A stretch of 44,620 nt of DNA, taken from a virus (taxonomy: Duplodnaviria > Caudoviricetes). Of this stretch, positions 27,201 to 36,528 are shown piece after piece. The stretch is taken from the IMG/VR virus record IMGVR_UViG_3300036987_000309, positions 1 to 44,620 of that record; one strand, 5' to 3'. A program made the position numbers and the translations under genes. The notes under the pieces were generated by a model. The model was not told the DNA's origin, did no database searches, and saw nothing but the letters and a program-made list of their open reading frames with translations. Position 1 is the stretch's first letter, and the number at the start of each line of letters is the position of its first letter.

Positions 27201-27852
27201 TGAGATAAGCGAAATAATTTGATATGAGCTTGTTGGCAATCACATCTGTCTTTGTTTCATCTCCCTTTCCCCAATAGCTCCTTAAGTCAACATAATTTTC
27301 CCAATATCCATTATTATCGCTATCTATCTTGAAGTCTGCTTTCCCGAAAATCATTTTTCCTTCGTCTGGAGTTGGGTCTGCCCAGAAATTTCCTTCTTTG
27401 TCTAATTGGAAAAAATATGTGTTTTCCAGTACGACTGTAGGAAAGAATATTTTCAAGTCTGTCTCAATAATATATTTTTTACCCTTTTCTATCTTGTGGA
27501 TAAAATCAATATAATACCCTTCAACAATTCCGATTCCCCTTTTCAATACAAGCTTGTCTCCATCTTCAAAAGAAACAAAAGAAAATCCATTGTCATATTT
27601 TATGACGGCATTAAATGGGATAATAAGCTCAGATATTTTAATGGAGGAAGCAAGGTTATTATCTACGAGTTGAATTATAGGTCTGTTTTTTACCGAAAAG
27701 TGGAAAGAATCGTCTTTTTTTATTTCTTCTATATGAGAAGCGGGAACTTTTGTTCCATCTTTGCCGAAAAAATAACCGTCATATGTGGTTTCATTCCAGT
27801 TAATTGTCCCAGATTCATCTATGAGTTGTCTTGTATCAAATTTTATTTTCAT
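24205..27852 (-). CDS. tail fibre/baseplate-like virion protein (paralog of 27856..33513)
   Basis: NRPIIQLVDN N-terminal motif, coiled-coil, beta-propeller-like middle, C-terminal GKLRIKVKQP..YISDFGLYF. Confidence 0.7.
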   Translation of the reverse strand: MKIKFDTRQLIDESGTINWNETTYDGYFFGKDGTKVPASHIEEIKKDDSFHFSVKNRPIIQLVDNNLASSIKISELIIPFNAVIKYDNGFSFVSFEDGDKLVLKRGIGIVEGYYIDFIHKIEKGKKYIIETDLKIFFPTVVLENTYFFQLDKEGNFWADPTPDEGKMIFGKADFKIDSDNNGYWENYVDLRSYWGKGDETKTDVIANKLISNYFAYLNTSHLERLDYLENNENQITRNKINQIARDLYESGQFESGFPIQDLESGYSFEERINDLESNLAKNENILLETRLKAPDYKRNLDRANSLIAQNDLIDINQQVELDYISANLTINADIYTETFLKSPSNDIESGHPFFGTEDLSEIKTTNPGLNVYRYRDLENKNEIKGGLLKNKEEIVFPSSSFTNLVSNSSYIEYGERFYPEEQYANKTYILPKKFVAIGSKNKIQIFDMTDEQNIFLFMDFIGTTTNALPSIVSNNYEYMFKFHKDILYVSYGIPRLNIATLDVITTEHCLLVINFKDNSISKISGTVDSATIRQYNSSDCLRERNLSKGFSDLFQLQNVILKLFAVEDLCVSEIDGKTYCCTVRTDYEFNSYLNIFNLTDNKVFCIDGSTGSDWTAALKKVKINDNKNLYVLDNKKFTIIEDISLINSNDTLSNYKKKIKIKELPSSSVLASSLMIAFDFSNEYDYYGKIKNTFTYISVNNTAGRNIIIKLNSNEMTFSFIYDGTISGYHYKNIYIKDDFMLAEFVSTDSSPSSGGLYLISLKENRFDSLMTKAISMSSNGFSNSVLTKNFVFSSASVSGAGFYKYKDYPSYSWYEKKDISINPKTKKTYVAMSENSEEGYLTTMVNDDNPNIEYSVDIFSWSQGYESGFLGGDYHSKPNNGYLKYSFSNQSYVGVVTPFIDSVYQNKFDIYVAENIESGFDIVSEEWEYESGIYDESGYPDGYLSGHDAPPPGISGVDYGTWKKVEVLLNNIEELAEYHQEVNLVEGSDSKKRLVWIPYELDKSKQYTIKLKFTTGGNPVRFDGFAFIKVLEKNIKEIQFSTDNGNNWIALEDHVENFLVKEQDIMDYGINESGIESGFEVNQLDGEWLDGNTYRINYATNGIQKITAVHPPGKHLQVTHSYDENNRTELIRFFDYDITPQDIDHSLEPITDPTTTIKFKNGCLDDAIDLKIYWYIKPTIGKLRIKVKQPNDESGYFDKNADVYISDFGLYFME

Positions 27853-27855
27853 TTT

Positions 27856-30800
27856 TTAAGAACCAAAATAAATTCCATAATCAGAAATATATATTTCCGC
27901 ATATTTGTCATACCATCCATCTGCGTCTGCTGGCTGGGACAATGTTACCCTTAGTTTCCCTTTGGTTGGAACAGCGAAATATTCTGCCCTTAAGCTGTCA
28001 ACATTTATGTCTTGAACTTGTCCTCCTGAAATCTCGATTGTTTTTATCACGTTAAGGTCTCCATTTTCATATTCCCAATCAACGCCATATATCGCTGGTA
28101 TAGTGGAAGAAGATGGAATAAAAACATTTTTTACTCCATTAGAAGGACTTGTTATTTCAAATCTATTTCCAAATTCAGGAAAAATTTCCTCTTTTAAGAA
28201 CTGTGTTTCTCCTTCCAAGTCAACCTCAAAGAAATCTTCTGGGTCTTCATCGTATCTGTAGTTGAATTCAACCTTGATACATTTTGAGTCATTCTCTAAA
28301 TCCCTTGTTATTTTTTTTACATAGACAAAACTGTCAAAATAAACTCTTGCAACTTGTGTTAATTGAGGTTTTATTGTCACTTCATAACTCTTTGTGATAT
28401 CAAGATTTTCAGCAACCCAATATATTTTCCTGAATTCTTCAGTGTCGGCTTCCTTTATATTAATAGTGTCAATAAGAGTTCCGTTTTCCCTTATTTCACA
28501 CACAAGAGTGGCATAACTTGGACTATTCCTCAATATGAGTCCTATTTTTTCTGTTCCAAGTGAAAATGTTTTTTTTATGAAATGGGTTTGATTGTTTGAC
28601 GAATAAATTATAGAATTTTCATCCTTATATGTCCCAGGTTCCGTTGAAAACTGAGATATCGTCCAAGTTGAAGAGTCTGTTTCTATGAAAAGCCTTTTTC
28701 CTTCGTTTATATGTTCGGATGTTGTAAATATCATCCTTTTTTCTTTTCCAGTCATTTCAATCAAAGAAGATTCATGAATTGATTGTCTCTGATATGTTCT
28801 ATAATTAAGGATGAAATTATCAATTCTCATTTCTGGATTCCAATTGGCAGGGGAAGACGAATTGTTAGTGCAAGAGCTTGATTTGTTTATAGCGAAACAA
28901 GTGTTTTTGTTGGCAGAAATAGATGATAAGTTCCAAATTCCAAGGTTTACCCATGCAAGGGTTGGAAATGTTCTTCCCCACGCAAATCCAGACCCAACAT
29001 AACCATATGGAAATGTAAAATTTCCAATAGTTCCAAATGGAAGAATCGAGCCTTTATTTTTATATTCTTCTATAATAAGACCATCTTTAAGAATTGGCTC
29101 ATTGGTATTTGTGTAAAAAGAAACCTTGTTATGAAAGAAAAAGTTATCTTGTCTTTTTATGTCTGTTGATGTCTTGAAAACGTTATTTGAACTAGCATTT
29201 GAAACAAAAAGAAGTTCGTATTCATTTTGGTTTCTAGTTGACAAATTTTTGAAACCAAGAGAACTTTCATTTACAACATAAAAACTTTCTCCACCTGGAA
29301 GATTGGCGTTACCATAAAAATTACTATTTAAATAAACATTATTGCCATTGAAGAACCCGTTTGAATCGTAATTTGGAGAAGCAACAAGTCCGTTATTTGA
29401 ATATAAATATTTTTCATTTGCCTTTATTTTTTTCAATCCGATAAGATTTGTTGAATTAAATCCTGAAACGTATTTTTCTTGGGCAATTTCATTGATTGGC
29501 CCAAATTTAAAATAATTCTTGGAGTTGTCGGTCATCCATGTTCTTCCGTTTGTCGCATAAACAAAGTTATCATCTGATATTTTCAACGTTATGTTTGTTG
29601 TTTGATATGCCACTGGGGTGGTAAAAGCTAGTCCAAACCAGCTGTTATCCCATACACAAAAAGATGTTTTTTTAGTGAAATTAACAATGGAAATATAGTG
29701 ATTACTATTATTCCAATCATGCTTTCCGGCGAAAACAATAAATATATCTCCATTAATTTCCTTAATGTCAAATGAAGTTACGTCATGCATAAGCAATCCG
29801 TAAGAAGGAGATGAAACTAAAGCCCAAGCTTCTGTTCCATATGTTGATGAAATATTGTTTCTTTCTTCAATTGAACGATTAAACTTGTAAATTGCCCATG
29901 TTTCTGCTCCACCAGATATTAGTTTTGCAATCCTATAAACTTCATCATTCTTAAAATCAATTATTATTAAGTTATATACAGCTTCAACACTTCTTGTGTT
30001 TGTACCTTGTGTTTTGCCAAGAATATATAATACATCCTTGTGAAATTTAAACTCAACAGGCATAAACACGCTAGTTGTTGAAAATCTTGTTGATGTAATA
30101 TTGAAATCCCTTGACAATGCAGTTATTTTGGAAGAGCTACTCAAAAACGTCATGAATTTTATTGGATTCATTGGGTCGGACACATCAAAAATATCTACGG
30201 CGGAACCATTAACTGGCAAGGTTGTCTGGTTGTAATTTAACTCTGTTACTGTAGCATTATCATATCCATATGTGCTTACGCTTCTAGGATATCCATTTAA
30301 AGATGAAGTTACAATAAATTTTTCAGGCAAAACATTTGTCTTATTAGAATAATTTTCTGGAGAAAAAAACCTCTCTCCAAAAAGAATTCCATCAGCGTTT
30401 CCGTTGTGTCCAACAGGAGCAACATTAAGCATCAATCCATCTGTTTTTCCGTATGGATAAGTTGTTTTTGCCTTTATCGAGTTATATGAAATTGTTGTAG
30501 CTTCTTTTTCTCCCTCGCTTTTTATTTCAAAAAGCATAAAATTATCACAGGCACAATAAAATTTATCATTTAAACTTAAAATGCTTTTAATAAATGTATT
30601 TGATGATTCAATATAAGTGTCAGAGCTACCGCCAGTATATGTTGTTTTTGAAACTTCCGACCTTGTGAAAACATTGAATTTGTTTTTAATAAGAGGTTCT
30701 GTATCCGAAGAAGAATAACTTTTTCCCATATCAATTTGGTATATTGTTTGACAGCTATTAAAATGATTGTCTGTCTGGGCATATCTTGATATGTGAGATA

Positions 30801-33513
30801 AATTTAAGGCAAATATACTGTTTGAATCGGCATCATAATGAAGTCCTTTTAATAAAACTAATGAGTAAAAATCTCCATCATATGGATATTCATGACAAAA
30901 TTTCAAGTCTAATGGGGAATAAACAGTCCCAAGGTCATTTGTGGGAATGTTTGTTGAGTAAACGCCTCTTCTATAAGTTGTTGCAAAATAAGAAGACAAC
31001 CCAGTTATAAAAAAATATAATTTGCCATTAAAAATCGTTATTCCAGATGGATAATATATTCCACCTCCGCTTGGCTGGTTTTTATACACTGAAATCAAAG
31101 CGGAAGAATTTCCAAAATCTCCCTTCAAAATAAGGTGCATACCGACACCTGGGTAAGCGTTTAGTGTTTCATGTGTTATTACTGTGAAATAAAATTTATT
31201 ATTAGATGTGTCTACACAAAAATCGGTCATTTTAATATAAGTGGTGTTAATTGATTTTATGTTCCATTCGGCTTCATAGTTGCCTTCAGTGTCAAATCTT
31301 ACCATGTAATTCCTTAAGTCCGCTGGAGTTCCACTTCCATTATAAAATAAGGCATATATCTTTCCTCCATAAGCCTTCACAGAAATCAAAGAATACCCTT
31401 GAGTTGCCAATGGCATTGATTCCTTTTTAAGCCTTATTGAAGATAGTATCTGCCCTTTCTCAAGAAAAGTGTTTTTCATCTTGTATTTTTGAAGCGAACT
31501 CTTATAAATTACACTTGAGCTGTTCAAGGAATAGGAAATGTTAAATAAGTCTCCTTTCCTGATACAAAATCCGCCATTCCTTCTTTCCCTTAATTGAATT
31601 AGGTTTTTAAGAGAACTTGAATGAGAGTATGGTAAATTACTATCAAGTAAAAGCTCCCTATCAAAAACATAAAAATTACTTCTGTATTGAGTGACCGTGT
31701 TGTATATTGAATCATCAAAATCTGTAATATAAACATTGTTTCCTTCTATCTTTATATTGAAATTAACTCCGCTAGCATTATATTTTATGTTTATTATGTG
31801 ATTTGAAATATTGACAACTGGGATGGCTGGACCTTGGTTTGAAAAACTTGTTTTAAAAATATTAACGGAATTATTTGCTATTCTAAGAAAATATAAATCA
31901 TCGTTGTAATAAGTAATACCGCTATTAATGGCAGAGGATAAAGAACCAAGAGGTATTTCTGTGGCAACTATTTTCCTTGAACTTGAGCCTATAAAAGAAT
32001 CAAACATAATTTTTGAAAAATAATAGGACGGATTTATATTTGAGTTCTTAAACAAAACAACAAGATATTTAATGTCGTCTTTTTTTACAATACAAATTCC
32101 CTGAATTGAACTTGGCGTGTCTGGAAGAATGGAAGGAACAGAAAGTTTCCACCAATTGATAATCTGAATTGTATCTGTGTTCTTGTTTATCTTGAAATTA
32201 TATATCAGCAAGTTATCCGAAGAAGTGGAATTGGTTGAAGCAAAGAAAGAATCTGTGTCTTCATCGTATTCCAAGTCGCCTATGTTATTTGAAATATCAA
32301 AATTCCATTCATCACACAATTGACCAAAATAATATCTCCTTGCCTGTTTAATCATCGAGTCTTTTAATCCACTCTTCTTGTCAAAGTCCCTATACCTATA
32401 AACTTTCTGTCCAAGAACACTATTTGGAGATTCAATGACTTCAGCCAATTCATTTGCGCTTGTTTCAATACTTTCATCCACATTGCTCTTGTCAAAAAAT
32501 CCTTCTGTCTTGATATCTGGAACTATATATGGATTATTCTTAAGGAAATCAATTTCAAGCTGTTGCTTCAAATCATTGAGTTCATTCTGCTTTATCCTTG
32601 TTTCTATGTTATTAAAATCGGACTTGTAATTAAGGATTGTGCTTCCAATCTCGTTTATAGTGGTATTTTGAACATCAATCTGGTCCTGTAAATCTATTAT
32701 TTTTGTTTCAAGTGGAACATCGAATTTATTTGTAACGCCAAGGTCAGCAACCCCATTTGTATAAACATCCCTTGCCAACTGGTTTATATCGTCCCTTAAA
32801 GTGGGTTTTTCTGTAGTCTCTAAAACTACAATCCTGTTTTCATTATCCTGTATTTTATTTAAAAGATAATTGGATATTAGTTTGTTTTTCTCCGTATCTG
32901 TTGATGTCTCGTCAACCCTTCCAAAAAAACTTCTCTTGTCAACCCAAGAACTTGCAACCCAATTCCCTCCTGAGTTTGATATTATAGCTATCGTTATCCT
33001 TGAAGGGCTTTCTCCTCCCACATTAGGGAAGAAAACATTTCCATCCTTATCGAACTGAATTACATAATCGCCAGGTCCAGCTGCATAGACCAAAGACATA
33101 TTATCTGCTTTTGTTATTTTCTTTCCCTTATATATCTCATGCTTAAAATCAACGAAAGAAGATAGCTGGTCTGCCATATCAAGGACAAAACTTCCTCTCT
33201 TAAGTATAATCTCATTTCCGGATGCTGAAACAAGTTCAAAACTATCTGTCCCTAACACAGCCCTGAAATTCGTCAACAAAGATGAAATCTGTAAATCATT
33301 CACAAGAGTATTATCAAGAACCTGGATTATCGGACGATTCATTGTTGTGTAATGAATTGTGTCGTTGGTATTATAACCTTCAACTCCAGTCGCCTCAGAA
33401 GTCCTTGGTCTTACTTCTTCGGCTTCCTTATAATCATATGTATAATCTCCCCAAGCTGTCTCACCATTCTGAGGAATATCGTTGAACTCTTTTATTGTGA
33501 ATTTTTTTTCCAT
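27856..33513 (-). CDS. large tail fibre/baseplate-like virion protein
   Basis: 1885 aa; NRPIIQVLDN, coiled-coil, multiple propeller-like beta segments, C-terminal GKLRVTLSQP..YISDYGIYF. Confidence 0.7.
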   Translation of the reverse strand: MEKKFTIKEFNDIPQNGETAWGDYTYDYKEAEEVRPRTSEATGVEGYNTNDTIHYTTMNRPIIQVLDNTLVNDLQISSLLTNFRAVLGTDSFELVSASGNEIILKRGSFVLDMADQLSSFVDFKHEIYKGKKITKADNMSLVYAAGPGDYVIQFDKDGNVFFPNVGGESPSRITIAIISNSGGNWVASSWVDKRSFFGRVDETSTDTEKNKLISNYLLNKIQDNENRIVVLETTEKPTLRDDINQLARDVYTNGVADLGVTNKFDVPLETKIIDLQDQIDVQNTTINEIGSTILNYKSDFNNIETRIKQNELNDLKQQLEIDFLKNNPYIVPDIKTEGFFDKSNVDESIETSANELAEVIESPNSVLGQKVYRYRDFDKKSGLKDSMIKQARRYYFGQLCDEWNFDISNNIGDLEYDEDTDSFFASTNSTSSDNLLIYNFKINKNTDTIQIINWWKLSVPSILPDTPSSIQGICIVKKDDIKYLVVLFKNSNINPSYYFSKIMFDSFIGSSSRKIVATEIPLGSLSSAINSGITYYNDDLYFLRIANNSVNIFKTSFSNQGPAIPVVNISNHIINIKYNASGVNFNIKIEGNNVYITDFDDSIYNTVTQYRSNFYVFDRELLLDSNLPYSHSSSLKNLIQLRERRNGGFCIRKGDLFNISYSLNSSSVIYKSSLQKYKMKNTFLEKGQILSSIRLKKESMPLATQGYSLISVKAYGGKIYALFYNGSGTPADLRNYMVRFDTEGNYEAEWNIKSINTTYIKMTDFCVDTSNNKFYFTVITHETLNAYPGVGMHLILKGDFGNSSALISVYKNQPSGGGIYYPSGITIFNGKLYFFITGLSSYFATTYRRGVYSTNIPTNDLGTVYSPLDLKFCHEYPYDGDFYSLVLLKGLHYDADSNSIFALNLSHISRYAQTDNHFNSCQTIYQIDMGKSYSSSDTEPLIKNKFNVFTRSEVSKTTYTGGSSDTYIESSNTFIKSILSLNDKFYCACDNFMLFEIKSEGEKEATTISYNSIKAKTTYPYGKTDGLMLNVAPVGHNGNADGILFGERFFSPENYSNKTNVLPEKFIVTSSLNGYPRSVSTYGYDNATVTELNYNQTTLPVNGSAVDIFDVSDPMNPIKFMTFLSSSSKITALSRDFNITSTRFSTTSVFMPVEFKFHKDVLYILGKTQGTNTRSVEAVYNLIIIDFKNDEVYRIAKLISGGAETWAIYKFNRSIEERNNISSTYGTEAWALVSSPSYGLLMHDVTSFDIKEINGDIFIVFAGKHDWNNSNHYISIVNFTKKTSFCVWDNSWFGLAFTTPVAYQTTNITLKISDDNFVYATNGRTWMTDNSKNYFKFGPINEIAQEKYVSGFNSTNLIGLKKIKANEKYLYSNNGLVASPNYDSNGFFNGNNVYLNSNFYGNANLPGGESFYVVNESSLGFKNLSTRNQNEYELLFVSNASSNNVFKTSTDIKRQDNFFFHNKVSFYTNTNEPILKDGLIIEEYKNKGSILPFGTIGNFTFPYGYVGSGFAWGRTFPTLAWVNLGIWNLSSISANKNTCFAINKSSSCTNNSSSPANWNPEMRIDNFILNYRTYQRQSIHESSLIEMTGKEKRMIFTTSEHINEGKRLFIETDSSTWTISQFSTEPGTYKDENSIIYSSNNQTHFIKKTFSLGTEKIGLILRNSPSYATLVCEIRENGTLIDTINIKEADTEEFRKIYWVAENLDITKSYEVTIKPQLTQVARVYFDSFVYVKKITRDLENDSKCIKVEFNYRYDEDPEDFFEVDLEGETQFLKEEIFPEFGNRFEITSPSNGVKNVFIPSSSTIPAIYGVDWEYENGDLNVIKTIEISGGQVQDINVDSLRAEYFAVPTKGKLRVTLSQPADADGWYDKYAEIYISDYGIYFGS

Positions 33514-33523
33514 TTATTTCCTC

Positions 33524-35785
33524 TTAAAAAATTTCTGCGTTTGCAACCCAATGAAATGATACATCCGCTCCAGAATAAGTGCTTGGTCCTGAAAAACCCC
33601 AATTTTCTCCGCTTGTATTGACTATTGAAAATCCAGTTTCGCTCGGAGTTCCTTGTTCTGAAGAAGAAACGAGAGAAACAGTCTTATCTCCAGCCCCTCC
33701 AGAAGAAAAGCTAACATCAGCTTTACCTGGTTGTCCTGTTACCGGAGAATAAATGGTTATATCTGGAACCCTTGCTTTCCTTGTTTTAAAGGAAACCTTA
33801 TCTAATTTTTTACCGACAAAAGAAGAAGCGTGATAAACAGTTTTTAATTCAGAAGAAAAAGTCCCAGTTGAAGCTGGAGCTTCTGTTAAATTATAAGATT
33901 TTTCATAATATCTTTGGCACAATTCCAATTCTTCAGCAAAACTTCTCCTGTCGACAACACCTTTTTCAAGTGTTAGTTGTAAATTATAAACAGTTATGCC
34001 TCCTCCACCTATGCCACCAGGAGCCACAGTAAATGTTATTTCCACCAGCATTTTAGGGTCTGATGGCAAAAAAGAAGGGTTTGCTGCATTTGAAAAAGCG
34101 GGAATTTCAGCATATGAATTTCCATTTAACATTATTGTTTGTGTATATGAAGACCCTGGAATTGAAACAGTCACAGAGTAAGGAGAAACATTGTCTCCTC
34201 CTGTAGCACCACCAGAAAAAGACAAATATTTTTTCTTGTTATAGAAATAAATAGCTCCTTCTATTTGTTGTGAAATCTTAAATCCATATCCTCCAATAGT
34301 GTTTCCACCAGAAAGACCAAAATCAGCATAAGTCTTTCTAACTAAATCACTCGAATATCCTTCTGATTTTGTCACTGAAACAGAGCAATTATCACCTTGA
34401 AATTTCCATCTGTCAGCGAAAAATCCACCCCCACCATTATTTCCTCTCTGCCAAATCAAAAAATCTCCGTTTATAAAAAGGTTTCTTCTGTAGATATTAG
34501 AACAATTTACTATTGTTCCTTCATTCATATCCAAAACAGAACAATTAACTATTTTTTTCCCGTTTATATCTAAATTTGAAAGTGAAATTATTGGATTTTC
34601 CTCGTAAAACTGAACCTCTCTTATAAACACGTTTCCAGCTGCTGAAGAAAACTCGTTTCTGACATTAACCTTGTATTTTAAATATGTTTCATCTATATCA
34701 AAAAAACCATTGACCTGAAGGTTGGTTGTTGGAGAGTTTGTTTCTGACCCTAAGTTCTTTATCTGAATCCAGTTAACCCCATCATTACTTCCAAGCAAAT
34801 CAATTAAACTTTGAGGAGGAGTCGGACTTCCTTGAACTCCTGTTGCTGAAGCATATACAAAAATTCTTTTTATTCTTCTTGGTTCTGAAAAAGAAAAAAT
34901 AGAAGAAACCCAAACTGTAGAATAAATATATGTAGCGATGTTTGAATCAAAAATAACATATGCTATTTCTGGTGGAGTTTCTGAGCCATAAGCTTCAAGC
35001 GAAGCCTCTCCAATAGGGGAAGAATTGTTTGATGTTAAAATTGGAACCAATCCAACTTCACTTGTTTTTGCTTTTATGGAATTTAATTCAACAGTATTAG
35101 AATTCAAAGCGTCATTGTTGTTTAAATTCAAATCATTTTTTATGTTTATGGGACTATTACCATATATTTCATGGACAGAAAGATTATCAATGTTAACTCC
35201 TTCTTTTCTGTATGAATCAGAAACATAGTCTCCATTCAAATCAGTGTCAAATCTTCCGATTATAATCTGTTCATTTCCGCTTTCAATGAGTGAATCTGTT
35301 GAAAGAGAAATATTTCCAAGCTCATCTCCAACAAGAAAAATAACCGATTCTGATGGAAAAGAAATTAAATCTGGAGAAATAACTCCGCTTATTTGAATCT
35401 TCTTTCCGTTATCAATATAATATCTCAAATCAATATATTTCCCGTTTATTGAGTAAGCTCCCCTTGAAAAGTAAAGTATTCCTCCGCTTTCGGAAACAAA
35501 ATCAAATCCGTTGAAGACTGTTCCATCAAGTTTATCTATTATAGAAGAAGTTTTTAAATCAGAAGCAATGTCGTTATCAACAAGTTGAATCAAAGGTCTG
35601 TTTAATATGGAATAATGTAATGGGTCAGCTGCGGAATATCCTTCTATCTCTATCCCAGATTCATATCCTTCCCTTGGAATAGTCTCAAGAGGGTCATTGT
35701 GGTCATAAGTTTTTCCAGCCCAAGAAGGAGCTGTGGGATAAGCAGGGATAGTTCCCCAATCCTTTACATTGAATTCTTTTTCCAT
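33524..35785 (-). CDS. tail fibre/receptor-binding protein
   Basis: NRPLIQLVDND; discoidin-like LLGSNDGVNW; NLFINGDFLIWQRG and ELELCQRYYEK motifs common in phage tail proteins. Confidence 0.78.
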   Translation of the reverse strand: MEKEFNVKDWGTIPAYPTAPSWAGKTYDHNDPLETIPREGYESGIEIEGYSAADPLHYSILNRPLIQLVDNDIASDLKTSSIIDKLDGTVFNGFDFVSESGGILYFSRGAYSINGKYIDLRYYIDNGKKIQISGVISPDLISFPSESVIFLVGDELGNISLSTDSLIESGNEQIIIGRFDTDLNGDYVSDSYRKEGVNIDNLSVHEIYGNSPINIKNDLNLNNNDALNSNTVELNSIKAKTSEVGLVPILTSNNSSPIGEASLEAYGSETPPEIAYVIFDSNIATYIYSTVWVSSIFSFSEPRRIKRIFVYASATGVQGSPTPPQSLIDLLGSNDGVNWIQIKNLGSETNSPTTNLQVNGFFDIDETYLKYKVNVRNEFSSAAGNVFIREVQFYEENPIISLSNLDINGKKIVNCSVLDMNEGTIVNCSNIYRRNLFINGDFLIWQRGNNGGGGFFADRWKFQGDNCSVSVTKSEGYSSDLVRKTYADFGLSGGNTIGGYGFKISQQIEGAIYFYNKKKYLSFSGGATGGDNVSPYSVTVSIPGSSYTQTIMLNGNSYAEIPAFSNAANPSFLPSDPKMLVEITFTVAPGGIGGGGITVYNLQLTLEKGVVDRRSFAEELELCQRYYEKSYNLTEAPASTGTFSSELKTVYHASSFVGKKLDKVSFKTRKARVPDITIYSPVTGQPGKADVSFSSGGAGDKTVSLVSSSEQGTPSETGFSIVNTSGENWGFSGPSTYSGADVSFHWVANAEIF

Positions 35786-35833
35786 TTTTATACCTTTATT
35801 TTTATTATTTCGTTTTAGTGTTCTCCATTGAAT

Positions 35834-35841
35834 TTAACTTT
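35834..35841 (-). promoter_or_regulatory. AAAGTTAA motif (putative late promoter)
   Basis: Exact motif just after a terminator, at the head of the tail-fibre operon. Confidence 0.7.
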
Positions 35842-35877
35842 TAATAAAGACTATATTTTAGGTGGATTTAAGGCAAT

Positions 35878-35903
35878 AAAAAAGGGAGCTTTAAGCTCCC
35901 TTT
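35878..35903 (-). terminator. Rho-independent terminator
   Basis: AAAGGGAGCT/AGCTCCCTTT perfect hairpin followed on - by a T-run. Confidence 0.85.
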
Positions 35904-35906
35904 CCC

Positions 35907-36077
35907 TTATTTATACTTATCTACGCACTCTTGATGAGCCATATGTTTCCCATCCCAAAGCTCATATCTTCCTGTTATTTTTTCCCTGCAAAACATACAT
36001 ATTTTGGGAAGCCAAGGGTGGTCTTCAGTTATCTTTAATTTCTCAATTTCTTTTTCCGTCAAAGGTGTTTTTCCCAT
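35907..36077 (-). CDS. small zinc-finger protein (56 aa)
   Basis: Manual translation MGKTPLTEKEIEKLKITEDHPWLPKICMFCREKITGRYELWDGKHMAHQECVDKYK; CxxC..HxxC; AGGGGA RBS. Confidence 0.72.
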   Translation of the reverse strand: MGKTPLTEKEIEKLKITEDHPWLPKICMFCREKITGRYELWDGKHMAHQECVDKYK

Positions 36078-36087
36078 TTTTATCCCC

Positions 36088-36528
36088 TTAAATTTTGTTA
36101 AAAAAACTTGTTTTTGATTTCTTGTTCTTTGCTTTTTTAAAAGCCTTTATGGATTCTTCCTCAGTGTATCCCCAAAAAGTCAATTCCCACAACACAGAAC
36201 CTAAAAGCCTTTTCTGGTCATAAGGACAAAATCCTAAATCAATATAAGAACCGTTTATCTTTCCCCACGACATACTGTTTTCAAATAAATCATTGTCATT
36301 CTGTATGGAAAGATGGTAGTATCCTTTTTTTAAGTCAGCTATAATCAGTATCTCAGATTCAATCGGTTCTGTTTTCTTCAAGGAATCAAAAGCCGACAAA
36401 AAGTTTTCCTTAAGGGTTTCTTTCTCTTCATTTGTTTTTCTTGCAAAAAACATGAAATAATCTGATTTTATCGTTTCAAACAAATCATCAAAATCAATTT
36501 TTTCAAACAACTCAAATACTCTAATCAT
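36088..36528 (-). CDS. hypothetical protein (start revised to 36528)
   Basis: ATGA overlap with ClpP stop; LWELTFWGY motif. Confidence 0.6.
   Translation of the reverse strand: MIRVFELFEKIDFDDLFETIKSDYFMFFARKTNEEKETLKENFLSAFDSLKKTEPIESEILIIADLKKGYYHLSIQNDNDLFENSMSWGKINGSYIDLGFCPYDQKRLLGSVLWELTFWGYTEEESIKAFKKAKNKKSKTSFFNKI

Noticed and set aside
33524-35785. Diversity-generating retroelement or invertible fibre cassette
   Set aside because: No reverse transcriptase, invertase or near-identical nucleotide repeat pair seen in the window
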